Under the pieces are notes generated by a model. It was not told the origin of the DNA. It saw only the letters and a program-made list of their open reading frames with translations, and ran no database searches. A stretch of 63,669 bases of DNA, filler included, from Pelomyxa schiedti (Eukaryota > Protista > Evosea), in assembly GCA_020536535.1 (NCBI GenBank). It is 9 parts of 9 records of this genome, joined end to end, with 100 filler letters (N's around TTAATTAATTAA, not from the genome) between each part and the next. Parts side by side here need not be neighbours in the genome. Positions count along the whole stretch, not along the records: positions 27,618 to 39,460 come from JAHLWZ010000558.1; positions 39,561 to 57,524 come from JAHLWZ010000542.1; 7 more parts are not named here. One strand, given 5' to 3'. The position numbers were made by a program, and so were the translations under genes. This document shows, in pieces, positions 33,001 through 46,696 of the stretch (the stretch's first letter is position 1; every line of letters starts with the position of its first letter).

Positions 33001-36000
33001 CTAAGTTTGTTGACCTTTTATCAAATGGGCAGTCCAGGCAACCCACAATCAAGAGGACTCCTATTGTATTGCCTTCTCTTCACTCGACTTTTTCTAATAT
33101 TCTGAAAGGGAGTAGACATTCTCAATACCAATCAAGTTCAAGTAAGCTCGTCACGAGAGCTTCTTAGCATTATTGACAAAGGGACACAGAGCCGCAACTC
33201 CCTCGTTTCCAGTGTGTAAGCTACATCGGCAACACAAAAAGATGACACTTTTTAGCCTCCAAGGACCGTTCTCTAAATTCACATTCTATTGTCACAGTGA
33301 AGGTAGAAGTGACGCAAAGGGAAACAAAAAGAGTAACAGCAGGAAAGGTACAAGACACATCCAGTCATTCAGTTTTAATCTGATTAACATAAAAGCTCAA
33401 CTTCATTGCTTTTGCTAATGCTGAGAGTTCTCTGAACCAAGAAACAGTATTTTCCTAGCTCGCATTTTCCTTTGTAACACTCTTTCCTTGGAAAAAGGAC
33501 ACTACAGGGCTAGTGACACTAAATGACGCAATTGTGGCAGTTGGGAGGTATCCTCATGCTCCCTATAAAATGTCTCAGATTACCGAGTTTTTGTCTGATA
33601 TATTGGGTTTTTTTTTACTTATACTTTAACTTTTCTTATGGGACTTCAGGGGGTAATAGCAAAGCACTACTGATAACTTTTCTGAGCAGTAATACAACCC
33701 ACAATCAAGCATCACTCAAGTAATTCTTTTTAATTGCTTTTTTTTTTTTTTCATCAACCCAAGATTCTCAACGAACTTCCGGAATTTGACCAGCAAACCA
33801 ACTCCTAACGTGTTCATTTATGTATCAGATGACAATGCTCTGCTTCAGCAGAAGCTAGCCAAACTCCAGAAGGAAAATTCTGAATTAAAAGCACAAGTCA
33901 CACAATTAACTGCTCCTCGTAAAGTAACTGAACCCAATGGTGGAAAGGTAAGACATGCCAAAATGCCTTCCAATTTCTAACCTACAGTGCAAAGGCACCT
34001 TCAGTTGAACCAATAACTTCTCACAACGACCAAAACTCAACAGTGGTTATAATTTTCGTTCCCTCCCTTTCCATTAACTGTAGACAGATTCCTAACATCG
34101 ACAATAAAACGCACCTTCTTCATAATGTGAGGACTTATTACAGATATCCACTTTCTAACTACCCTGACTATTAAGGTGAAAAGAGCTAAACCAGCTAATC
34201 GACATTTACCAACCAAGAATTCCCGTGAGGTTCCCAGAATTTTCACCCTCGAGTTTTCTTATTCCTCGAAGATCATGCAATCCCTGGTTCAGAAGGCAGT
34301 TCTTGAGAACGAAAAACCAGAAAATAAAGCCAAGGCGTCAGGCACACCCAAAGACATGCTTGCCTCAATCGCCAAAGTAAATAATTATGTACCTATTACT
34401 CTTAACATCGATGTAGGCTGCTTCTGAAACACACTTGCGAAAACGCAGTCTTACAGGCCCTGTGCTTCCCCACCTCCCAAGTCCAGATGCTGTACCCACT
34501 CCAAAGCCTTCTAGTGACAAAAATACTTCCAGCAATAGCACCCCAAATGACCCTAACGTGGGAAAAAGTAAAGGACTCACGCGTTCTGCAGCAATGTCAT
34601 CTAGTGGTGGCACTTCATCAGCACCGAGTTCAGGAAATGGTGATTTACGGCAACATTTTACTCGGTCACTAAGCTCTGGATCACTTACAAATCCAGTAAG
34701 TCTTAGTGAGTATTCCACATTACTTATTGTGTCTAGTTGATTGAACCTGATCCATCACCAACTAAACTCATTGAAGTCAAAGGACGCCTACACTGTAAAG
34801 CAAGACAAGTTTTAATGTCTTATCGATCTTTAAATCAGAACAGTTGCTTTGTGCTAGATTGCATCAGCAGAATATTTGTGATTTCCTTGTTAGGTGCCTT
34901 TTACTCCCTTATACATACACAGGTGTGGAAAGGCTCTAAGGCCAATCGAATGGAAATAAGTTGGGCCATTGGCCTGGCCAACCGAATAAAAGACAAAGAC
35001 AGAATTTCGCGATCCAAAGTAGATGAGCTAGGTAGGAGACTATCCCCTTCTGTGAGGGTACACTAAATATTAAAGAGGAAAATACTTTTGAGAGAGAGTT
35101 TTGGAACCCACTTGGGGGAAAGCACCCAATTGACGAATCTGAACCCACAGGCCAGGAAGAAGACACCGGCGTTGACATATTATATAGGTTTACATTACTC
35201 CCTAGCTTTATGCCTGGGAACCAAAATACAGGGTGCAAGAAAGAGATACGGGAGAATACTGTGCCTTAGAAATTGCACGCAATAACTTACATTTCTCTGC
35301 ACTTGAGAGGTTTATTCTTTACATAGAAGGTTATGCTAATGGCATGCAGTCAGGGCTGTTTTATTGTTGATGGGATCACAGAATTATATCTATGGATTGG
35401 AAAACAGTCTCCTATTCCAATTCGCAGAGGTGCTACTGGTGTTGCTCTGGTACTTGTACACATCGTTTTTTTTGATTACTATCTAAATCATTGGTGTGGG
35501 GAAATAGCAACTTCTTGCTAAGCCCAACCACCCTGGATGGTTGAAATTGATCAAAATAAGTGATGGGAGTGAAGTTGTAATGTTCCGAGAGCGCTTTGTC
35601 GACACTGCCGGACAACTCCCAATCAAAGCAACTGAAGTGCAGTCAGCATGTACTCCAGGTAACAAGACCCAAAGGTTCCCAACTGTTCTCAATATTTCAA
35701 GTTGACATGACCACGTTCGATGTTTCCCTGATGTGGGAACCCGGCAAGCCACCAGTAGAACAACAGCCAGATGATGGCACAGGGCAGTGTGATGTATATT
35801 AGTAAATTCATATCTCATGGTAATTGTTTGTACTAGATCTGGAAGGTTGTAAAATCGGAAAAGGAGCCTCTTGATGTGAGCACTTATGGACATTTCTACT
35901 CCTCAGAGAGCTATTTGTTACTTTATAAATATAAAATTCGATACAGAGACTGCTTTTTGATGTTTTTCTGGTGAACTCCTATCCATAAAATTGTTGTTTA

Positions 36001-37435
36001 TACTCACTTACAATAAAGGCAAGGACGAAATAGTACAACGGTTCCATTATTCCCCAAATTTCATATCTAACAATCAAAAAGCTTGATAAGGGAACCTCAG
36101 CCGCCCTCACAAAAGATTTGGTTGAAAAATACCAAATTGATGCCAAACATGTATTCCTTTTTTACATGTAAGCGCACTAATGTGCTCTCAAAGATTCGTA
36201 TTGTACAAAATCAAGAAACACAGCACTTCCTTAAAATTTTCCAAAACAAATATATTGTTCACCGGGTATGACTGTGTGCACTATTTACCATGACTTACGA
36301 GCTCCAAAGGGTTCTTCCTCGGGGCACGTTCACCTTTACCACGTTTCTGGTTTCTGTTCATATGGAATTCCCTACGCTATTGAGATTGAAGTGGCAAGTT
36401 CATATGGGCAACAAATTCCTTGTTTAATCTCCAACAGGCCGCCTCAGCTTTGAGCACTAACGATTGTTTCCTGCTCGTCACACCTAGAACGGTGTTTATT
36501 TGGATAGGAAATAATTCCGATGAAACGTGCCGCGATTCTTGTGTAAAACTATGTGCACTAATAACGGTATGGTTGGCAATCATGGAACTTTTCCTCACCA
36601 AACAATAAAGGAGTCACGAAAAACTTTTACTGTCCAAGAAAAATCAGAACCCAAAGAGTTTTGGAGTGCCATTGGAGAGACTGCACCTTATGATATCTGC
36701 CGGCGCGCGTCTGTGAGGTTATTTCAGTGCGGGAAAGCCTCGGGGAAATATCTGGTATCAATTAAAAAAAGAAAAAGAGATCTAACCAGTAACACAAGGC
36801 CAAAGAGCTATTTAATTGGTGCCAAGATACTTTACTCGAGAGTCATCTTGTCATTGTGGATGGGTATTATGTAATTTATGTATGGATAGGAAAAGATTCG
36901 TCAGAAGATGAAAAGAAGAGAACTTTCGAAATTGCAATGGTATGAGGTCAGGTAGCACCAAGATGTCTAACGAACCGTAGGAATATAGTGCAGAAATGGT
37001 TACCCGTAGAGAAGACTTAAAGGGCCACCTTGATGCACTAGTTGTTACAAATTTACTGGAACCCCCTGCTTTCCGATACTTCTTCCATGGGTGGGACCCG
37101 GCTGCAAGTAAGGTACACAATTTCAACCATCCTTTTCTGTGCCACTGACACCTTCTTCAGTGGGAACCAACATTTACTCCCATGAGCGTTGATGAAGTTC
37201 TAAAGAGCTATATGCGGACCTATTCCCTGGAAGAACTTCAGGAGCACCCACCTCATCTGGACCAGTCATGTCTGGAGGCAAGCAGTCTCCCTCGCTAAAC
37301 CGTCTTAATTTCGTTCGATAGAACTATTTATCTGATGAAGACTTCCAATTACACTTTGGAAAGACCAAAGCGGAATTTGCCGCCTCCACAAAATGGCAAC
37401 AAGAGCAAAAAAAGAGGGACCTCCAACTGTTTTAG
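30088..37435 (+). CDS. Large multi-exon protein: low-complexity N-terminus, RhoGAP-like, kinesin motor-like, coiled coil, CPI-like, WH2-like, gelsolin repeats, villin headpiece
   Basis: GLFGAPL..VPAVVRAI, VLKVYLHRIP, LPYDNIALIHHLVSFL; FSFDRVF, DGYNTFILAYGPSGSGKT; KLIEVKGR..SLNQNSCFVLD, YGHFYSSESYL, EPPAFRYFFHGW; LENYLSDEDFQLHFG..KWQQEQKKRDLQLF*. Single-gene continuity inferred. Confidence 0.7.
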
Positions 37436-37603
37436 GGAAACGAAACAAATAAAAAGTGTTATGTTACCCACCGGCACATTTGCTTGTGTTATTCCGAAAT
37501 AAAAAAAACCCAAATTTTACAAGAAAAGCCAGAAAGAACACAACTGGTGTAGGAGGAGAAATAACTTACTATTATTAAAAATACATTTGTGAGTGAATCC
37601 CCA

Positions 37604-39315
37604 CTATGAGTGGCATATAAAGAGCTCAATAGTGTCACCCTGTATAAGTCCCATATCAGAAACCAAGCAGTTTCCCCTGAGCTGCTGCCCAGACTGCACA
37701 AAGTGCTTAGTGCAAGGAGTAGAAAACACCGGGCAGCTGGCGAACGGCTGGTCCCTAATCAAGCAAGGCGAGGGCGTAGCAGGCCTGGTCAGCTCAGCCA
37801 GCAACATAAGGCCCCCCTGCGTGCTCCCATTGATATTACTGTGAGAGTGCAAGTGCGAGTATGACGAGGGCCCGCTGGGTGACGGCGCATGAGGGGGAAC
37901 GAACGAGGGAGAGGGCGAGGGGCAGGAACAGCAGGGGGAAGGGGAGGGGCAGGGGCAGGGAGAGGGAGTGGCCGGCTGGACGAGGAGGTCGTAGGGGGGG
38001 CAGCGGCTGATGTGCATGTGGAGGTTGCCGTCGGTGAGGGCGCATTCTTGCAGCAGGGCGTCGTCTATGAACGCGGTCTTGAACAGGTGGAAGACGTGGT
38101 GGAGGGTGTCTGTTGGGTGGAGTAGGACTTCTCTGGGCTGTGACAGTGCTGCTAGGCCGAAGCAGGCATGGCATACATTCAGGGATACCTGGGGTGAGGG
38201 AATGTGTTAGAAAGAACTTTTCTTCAAACTACATTTGTAGAAATATCAGGTGAGTGATTTGTGTTTCGTACCTCCACAACGGACTTGTAGAAGGATATCC
38301 AGTCACAATAGGTTCCTTCTATGTTGGATACCATACCCCAGTTGGCACAATAAGAATACTGTAATAAGACAATCTGCTGCCACACAGGATCCTGCCTGGC
38401 AATTTGATTCCATCTATGTGAGACCTACATCACCGAATGAATAACCAAAAAGGCATGTTACTTTGCTTTATATTAGTTTAGTAAGGCATAACGGCTTGGG
38501 TGCATTTTATTCCAACATGAATTTGAATTCTAAACAAGTCACTCATCCACTTACCAGTCTAGCTACAGAACAATCCCTCGCTGTCAAGAATCCAAATACA
38601 TGAACAAGTACGAAATCCGGTAATTCCGCGATTCCANNNNNNNNNNNNNNNNNNNNNNNNNNNNNNNNNNNNNNNNNNNNNNNNNNNNNNNNNNNNNNNN
38701 NNNNNNNNNNNNNNNNNNNNNNNNNNNNNNNNNNNNCATGAATTTGAATTCTAAACAAGTCACTCATCCACTTACCAGTCTAGCTACAGAACAATCCCTC
38801 GCTGTCAAGAATCCAAATACATGAACAAGTACGAAATCCGGTAATTCCGCGATTCCAACTCCTTCAATTCTGTGTCCGCGTCGACCGCTAGATGACGTCC
38901 CACAATTCCCCTGGTGCCGCCGGTAGTGAGAGTGGTGCCCGTGCTTGCGCCCACTGTCATCGCGGCGATCATCCTGCCGCCGCTTTTTGTCATTATGGGA
39001 TCGCTTGTGGTGCCGCCGGCTCTCGTCCACGGCGACGGCGCCGATCTCGTTGGTCGAGTTGAAATTAGGATTTACGACGACGATGGGAACCACCGACGCG
39101 TTGTCGGGCTGCGGCTGTTGTTTAGGTGGGTTTGTCTTCGTGTCTGGGTTGGGCTTGGTCGCGGGACTTATGGGTTTGTTGTGGAGGTTTTTCTTGTGCT
39201 TGTTGTCGAAGTACTCCATGATTAATTTAAGTGGCGACGGGGGATGTTGACGCCGAATAACTGCACCACCATTCGCGGCGATTGCACTACCAATACTACT
39301 GGGGGTGTGTATCAT
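37604..39315 (-). CDS. F-box protein with C-terminal ubiquitin-like region (multi-exon; F-box exon duplicated across the gap)
   Basis: IAELPDFVLVHVFGFLTARDCSVARLVS; EVLLHPTDTLHHV...FVQSGQQLRGNCLVSDMGLIQGDTIELF. Confidence 0.65.
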
Positions 39316-39560
39316 TGAATGGGGGAAATCGTGGGAGCTGAAGGGATGGGGGGTATTGGTATGTTGGTAGTGTACCAGTACACTAGGGGCGAAAAAAGGA
39401 ATGAAAATGGAAAGAGCGGAAAAACGAAAGCAATGTTTTGGGAAATCGCTACAACAATGGNNNNNNNNNNNNNNNNNNNNNNNNNNNNNNNNNNNNNNNN
39501 NNNNTTAATTAATTAANNNNNNNNNNNNNNNNNNNNNNNNNNNNNNNNNNNNNNNNNNNN

Positions 39561-39874
39561 GTGGCGGTGGTGGCGGTGGTGGAGGGGGTGGGGGGGGTGG
39601 GATCAGCAAGGGCGGTGGCCCCAGGGGTTATTGTTGTGGCCGCTGCCGCCGCGTCAGTGGTGTGGTTGTCGTTGTTGTTGTTGTGGTGCGACTGCTGTTC
39701 CACAGCAGCAACAACAACACACGTGGTGGTGGTGGTGGGATCCGTGTTGGGGCTGGTTGTTGTTGAGTTGGTGGTGGTGGTTGTTGTCGGTGTAGTGTTG
39801 GTGGTAGGGGCAGCACCGCTGGATGTCGATGGTGATGTTGTTGCTGTTGCTGTTGCTGGTGTTAGCCGACCCAT
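39561..39874 (-). CDS. N-terminal Thr-rich fragment of an unknown protein
   Basis: ATG 39874 after an A-rich leader, open into the linker. Confidence 0.4.
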
Positions 39875-40082
39875 TTCGTTCTCGATTTTTTGCTTTTTTA
39901 AAAAGGCAACGACGTTTGTGTTTGGGACGAATTACAAAGTGATGATTATCCCTTTTAGAAATGAATGAACAAGTCTCTTGAACGGGGTTGAGGCTCAGTG
40001 ACAACAACGGGCCTTTCGGGCTTCATGTACAAGGGTAGTGCTCTAGAGGGAGACATGTCGGTGGTTAATTAGTGCAGCCTGG

Positions 40083-41054
40083 TCATGTGGACATGTAGTT
40101 TCTGATCCACTCGGCGATAGTGGCCACATTGTGGTCATGGTCTTCCGGCGTGTTGCTTTGTAATGTTGTTACCTTGAAGGGGGTAAGTAGGGTGATACAC
40201 TCACTAAATTATGCGTATGATTGTGCCGGTGTTCGGTGCACTTGAGGATGTTGAAAAATGGAAGTTGAGATAAACCTCGTCGTAACTCTCTTGAGCCTCG
40301 TCGAGGCATACTTGCATAATTTCACTTTCCATGTTTTCATCAATTTTTTTCTTGCCGTACCCCCTTTTTTGGAATCATTGTTAGGGTTTTCGTTGATGCT
40401 TGTTGTTGGTACCTTTGTTGTAGTCTGTCGTAGAGTACTTCCGTTGAGGCCTGTAGACAAACCACAAGCTGAAACCACCTCTTGGGGAAATAGTCGCAGG
40501 AATGGGCTTCTAGTAGCACACCCCCCCTTGCCATAATAGGTTCCAATTCGTCACAAACCTATCTTTGTTTGGTAATAATAACCCCCGCGATTATAAAGTA
40601 ACAGTGTTCTCCATATTTTACACAAGGCGGATATATTCTTTGTACAACACTCAATTATTGTTAACCTCAACACCAAACACCACCACCAACAACAACATCA
40701 TCATCAGCATCAGCAACAGCAACATACCTTGTCCTCATCCAAGGTGTAGGCATCAAACTCAGCATCGTATCCATCATGGAGCCCCTTCTCTTTCACCAGT
40801 GTGCTCACACACACGTGCCTCACCGTAACTGTCACAGCACCACCCTCCGCCCCCGACAGCGCGGTTACCAGCGCCTCCCCTAATCGCGTCTTGCCAGTAC
40901 CTGGCCGCATGTTAGTTAGTTGGTGGGGGCATAAATTGTATTATGGGGGCTGATCCACGCACGCACCAGGAGTGCCAGTGATTAACACGTTGGGGGGTGC
41001 ACGCGCCCCGCCCTTGCGGCGTCCCCCCTTGCTTGCCGATGATGACGCCGACAT
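40083..41054 (-). CDS. AK6: Adenylate kinase isoenzyme 6 (Fap7/hCINAP)
   Basis: PNVLITGTP/GTGKT, LDEDK/VCDELE, GGVLLEAHSCDYFPKRWFQLVV, LYDRLQQR, KIDENMESEI. Confidence 0.92.
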
Positions 41055-41340
41055 CTATTTCTGTGGTGTAAACACTTGATCGGGGTCATTACATGTGATG
41101 AATCGGAGCCGGAACTGAAGGCGAGTGGCTTGTGTGTGCCATGCGCATTCAGCAAAGGTCCAACCCAACACACCCAATGACAACGGGGAAGATCAGCTGG
41201 AATGGCCATTTCTGGCTCTTCTGTTCAGCGCAGAGAGGGTTAGTCCTCCTCTTGGGAGTGTCGTTGTGCTGAGTAATCCACAACTCCTGTTGGAACCATC
41301 AAGGGCTGTTCCCAGAAATCAATCACCCTCTTTGATTGTA

Positions 41341-42764
41341 ATGTCGCGAGTATCGGCACCAGCGTCGTCGTCCGCGGGAGTGTCGACAAACGAGGTAAAG
41401 TTATGGTTGATGTGTTGGCAACAATTGTGGGATTCCCAACTTTTTTTTTTGCAGTTGGCAACATTGACGCGTAAGTACGAGGAAACACACGGGCAACTGC
41501 GGCGAGTTTCTGCAAGGCATGTGCGTTCCCTGCCTCCAGTTACATATATTTATGTTTTTAATATGACTTAGGTTGGCTGCCGTGTCGAATGAAAAGGTTA
41601 GAATCACGGCAACACAAGGTGAATTGAATTCATGCACAGCCTCAACTCCTACGTTTAAGTCCGTAGGCAAAATGTGTGCATAATATTATATAATATATAA
41701 TCCTAACTATGTACTTAATTTTGGCAGGTTCTTGCGGACAGAACTGGCCCCACTTAAGCATGAGCTATCGACTGTCACTCTCGGGCTGGAATCCGAAATG
41801 CAATCCCTCACTGTGTGCTCCCATTCCCTGTTCCTTTTTTCGCACCTCTTTAACATTACTTCTTCAAGTTACACTAACTCTCCAAACAAAAAGAAACAAC
41901 AGCAGTACCTGCAGCAATCACTCAGCACAATGCAAAGAGAACTACTACAAATGGCACAGCACTGATTCACTCTTATGCAGCCGCAACACACAAAAAACAA
42001 AAATAGTTTGGCTTACTCTCCATTCCCGTAAATCAACAAACAAGCAGTTTTCCCTCGTTTCGTTGCCGTGAGGGTGACGTCGAAGTACACAGGTACTGCC
42101 ACACGACGATGACGTCAACAACGACCACAACAACAACAACCGCTACTGGTGGTAGTCGTGGTGGTGCCAACAACAAGGACACGAGTACATCACCATCACC
42201 ACCACAATCGAACCCAACGCAATCATCACCATCATCATCATCATCGCCGACAGCATCAACAACCACAGTGACCATGTCCACGGCGAGGCGGCGCGTGGTG
42301 GGCGTCGGCGTCGGTGGTGTAAACTCATCCACATCGACATCACCAACAAAAGCTGCTGTGACAACACAATCATCAACAACAACGAGGGAGGATGAAGAAG
42401 AGAGGGAGAATAGCCAGAGGCAGAACCAATACACACAGGACCTCGTGGCTCTCGCTGCTTCACTCAGGAATTCAAGTGAGAGGATATCTGATGTCCTGGC
42501 AAATGACAGACAGGTGTGCGGACCTTATTGTTACTACCTGGTACTTGTTGAATAATGTATGGAAAACAGCAACTGGCACAGTTGGAAACGGCAGTAGACA
42601 AAAATGCAGATGGAATGACAAAAGAAAACAACAACTTGGCTGGTGTTGTGCAGTCAAGTGCGTCATTTTGGCACATGCTTAGACTCATGGGCACAATGAT
42701 CCTTGTGTTCATTGCTTTTCTCTTGGTGTACATGTTTATGAAAGTGTTTCATAAACGGCATTAA
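41341..42764 (+). CDS. USE1: USE1-like Qc-SNARE (multi-exon)
   Basis: QDLVALAASLRNSSERISDVLANDRQ/QLAQLETAVDKNADGMTKEN followed by a C-terminal TM segment and FMKVFHK. Confidence 0.7.
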
Positions 42765-43116
42765 GTCACAAAAGATTGTCTAAACTACAAACTCCCCTGC
42801 ATCAAGCTTACGAGGACCCCAGAGTCTCACAACCCCAAATACGGATTGTGCTTTTTTGCAGAAACGCGAAAAGCGAACTGTGAAGCCATCAAAAAGAAAA
42901 GCAACAAAGGAAAAAAAAAAATACAAAGGGGAGTGTTGTGGACGTGCCAACAAAAGTAATAATTTCTCATTTTTTTGTATCCACCACACACATTTTAAAA
43001 AATTATTGGAACAGTGTGCAAAATTTCGTTAAAACGACAATTGTGAGGTTTGGTGGCATAAGTTACATATTACTTGTAGCTACAAGAGTTTTACAGTGCT
43101 ATTGACACAAACACAG

Positions 43117-46100
43117 ATGAGCTCGTTGAGCCCAAGTACACCTCCGACACACAGGCATCACCGTCACAAGCTCTCATCAGGCTCCAGAAAGGTGGTTTTT
43201 TTGTTGTTGGTGCTGATGTTGTATAGTTAGTGCATTGTGGCTTTTCTGTAATGATGTTTTTGCCCTAATCATATTGTATAGTCGTCTGGTGATTTTGAGT
43301 CTCCAGGACCTCAGGGAAGACCAAATGTGTCTGAGGCGGCACTACAGCTGGTTACTCAGTTTTGGTCTCTCATTCCGTTAATTTGTAATGCAGATGCAAG
43401 CTGACATAAATCCGCTTGAGCTTGCAAGACTGGCACAATCACTGACCTCCACCGGGCCAGAGCTTGATTTTGTTGCCACCATGATGGAATTGAGGTCTGT
43501 ATTGTTGCATGAGATTCGGAAAGCCAGGGAGATGGAACTGAACGTGCAGTTACTTGACAAGCGCATATCTCTTATTTTAACAGTTCGTTTTCAAGGCTTT
43601 GTATTCGTTTCACGTTTTATAGAATTTCAACCAAGCCACTGCATACAGCCTTAAAAAAGACCGAAAGAAGAGGTCATCAGAGACTATCAAATCTGTCACA
43701 CTCTCCACACAGAAAGTAGAGGTAGTGTTTTAAGTGTTTCAGTCGGTTTTACTCACCAATTTAAAGGGATATGCACACCTTTTTTATTTACTTCAAACTG
43801 AACCGTCCTATCTTGCACGGTTATTGGATAACTTGGAGGTACTGCTGAAATCTCCTCGCTTTTTTTTTACAGGAACCCCAAGGAACCAGATGAAGTGAAA
43901 CCTGTTCTTGAGACAGTTATTCTCTCAATTTATGGTGAAGCTTTTGCTCCAAGGGAGGAAGCACTTCTTCTTCAATTCTTTGATGTATCTAAACTTGTCA
44001 CATTTATTTAGCAATAACACGAAAACAAGGCAGCTATTTGTAAGATTATGTCTCAGGCAAAACGAGTGATGGACTTCGTAAAAACGGGGTTTCTTCCGGA
44101 AATGGTATTTGTTCCTTTCATTACCATTGACTAGTATAACATTTTTCCAGGTTCTTACATACAATAAGTGTGTCATCATAACAGTTCCTTGACTTAACAA
44201 CACTTAGGCGAAAGCAAGGTATAGAGTACTTACAAATGACATTGGGACCCATCATTAAGCAATTCCTAAGTGCACCGTTTAGTGTTGACATTAGTGCAAG
44301 AGCTGTATGTAAATGGCTTATACCTGAGAAATTGATTGAATAGAAATAGATTTATGAAGCCATGGCAGCAGATGACGAAACCAGTGGAAGGACACCTCCC
44401 AACCCAAGCATTACTGATGAGGAATGCGCCGCATTACCACGAGTAATGGCTGAAATTACTAAAAGTACTATTGTAACTCTTTTTGTTGCAACTCTAACCA
44501 CAGTAGATACTGAAAACCTGAAAAGAATCTCGCTTACGATCTATGAAGCCATTGTCAACAGTATGAACAATCTACCATATGGGCTGAGGTGGATTTGCAG
44601 AAAAATTCATGATGCAGCAATTGTAAAACAACTNNNNNNNNNNNNNNNNNNNNNNNNNNNNNNNNNNNNNNNNNNNNNNNNNNNNNNNNNNNNNNNNNNN
44701 NNNNNNNNNNNNNNNNNNNNNNNNNNNNNNNNNAAAACCTGAAAAGAATCTCGCTTACGATCTATGAAGCCATTGTCAACAGTATGAACAATCTACCATA
44801 TGGGCTGAGGTGGATTTGCAGAAAAATTCATGATGCAGCAATTGTAAAACAACTTTTTTCTTTTGTTGCCTAAACGTTCATCAGGAAGCTTTTCCCACGG
44901 CTCCTCCTGATGACATCAACAGGCTCACAGTCCACTTTGTTTACTTCCGGTTTGTGAATTTGGGGATTGTGACCCCTGAGACCTTTAAGATTGTAGACAC
45001 CCCTGTCAAACCAAGTTCAGTTTTCAGTCTACTGCAGGTAAAACCACAAGTCTGACGCCGCTTAATAATTCCTTCAAGATTTCCAAAGTTGTCTACAACC
45101 TTCTCAACATAACGCCCTTCAATTGTACTACGGAGAAGTGGCTGGCAACTTTGAATCCGTGGGTTGCAACATATGCACCCACTTCCCGCAACTATCTCCA
45201 GCAAGTATTGATGGTCGATAGCCCCCAACAACACCTGGAAGTGGATCAATATAACGAACTCACACAACTTGTTAAACCAATCATTTTAGTCAAACCGAAT
45301 GAATTGTCAAATATGCACTCATTATTGCAGGTACCTCTTTACCATCTCGTTTCTTCTAACTGGGCACAGCAAAATATAGAAAATGTGATCCTCAAACCAG
45401 ATGATCCTCTTGTGGAACTCTTAAACGATTTGGGGGCACCCGAAAATTATGATAATGACGACCACGATGTTAGGCTTACTCTTGTCAATAAATTCCTCCC
45501 CACTGAGACAGGTTTATCCCCACTACTTCACACTTTTTTCTTAAATGAAAAGGGAGAGTGGAGCCGCAGCAACTTTACCTGAACACAAAATCAAAAATAC
45601 TCAATATTTTGCGGCAGAGCCACCCCTCTGCTTCCTGTGATGCAAGTCTGAAAGGGATACTTGCGGTATTGCCCATTCTTACAAAAAGAAACACCAACTC
45701 CTATAGGAGGCATTGACAGCTGATAATGCCGCTCTTCAAAGCCAAGTAACGGAGGTAACTGTAAATATGGAAGTACTTGAAACACTTGGGAAAATAAGTC
45801 ATGTATGCCTATCTCTAAAATGCCTCTAATACACCGCTTAGAGTGATGGCTACAAAGTCCTCCTTAAAGATCTAGCTGTTGATATTTCCAATTGGGAGCG
45901 CACGAAGGAAAAAGAATCAAAAGAAACTCAGAGAATTCAAACCTCAATTGACAAAGTGCTTGCTCAACAGAAGTACATGGCGGAACAGATTGATAGGTGC
46001 GTTCAAAAACCAGCAACTTGAACTCTAACTCTCATATATATAGATATAAACAATACGTCGAATCCTGCCTTGCAAACTATTACACACAACAATCCGGCCG

Positions 46101-46500
46101 ATCTACAACCACATTACTTGGACCCTTCAAAGTATGATACCACGTATTGGCACCTCACACTCACTTTCCCTCTTTAGTACAATTACTTGGCACTCGTTAA
46201 AAAAGGGGTTATCATTGAATCCGAAATCCCGAAATCGGCGTATCACACCCAAACTTCTCCCCGCAAATTAATCTATAACATAGGCAAAAATCCACCAAAA
46301 TATTTATAACCTCACCGGAACCTGGCACATTTGAAGTTGAAGTCCGGCTTCCCAACGCATCAGACAAACTGGAAGTTCACATAGCCGATTTGCTGGATAA
46401 GAAGGACCGGAACATACAAAAGTATGAGTACAATCACGTTACACTGGATGTCAATTTGACCTTGTCATTGTTCACCACCTTGTGCACAAAAAGGAGGTGA
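43117..46500 (+). CDS. IQGAP-related RasGAP-like protein (Dictyostelium GAPA/DGAP1 type)
   Basis: LDKRISLIL, YAHLFYLLQTEPSYLARL, IYGEAFAPREEALLL, LPYGLRWICRKI, FVYFRFVNLGIVTP, LVKKGVII, PGTFEVEV; start uncertain. Confidence 0.85.
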
Positions 46501-46696
46501 TACTTACGCTACCTGCACCAAACCACTGTACACACCCACACCACATCACCAGAAGCAAATTAACACAATTTCCTCTCTGTATTTGTTCTTCCTGCAAGTT
46601 TTTGTAGCGAAAAAACTTTTAGGAAAATCTAAGACGCGAAAAAACATAACATAAGCAACAAACACGTGGAAACAAGCAAAAAAGTACTAAGCATTG

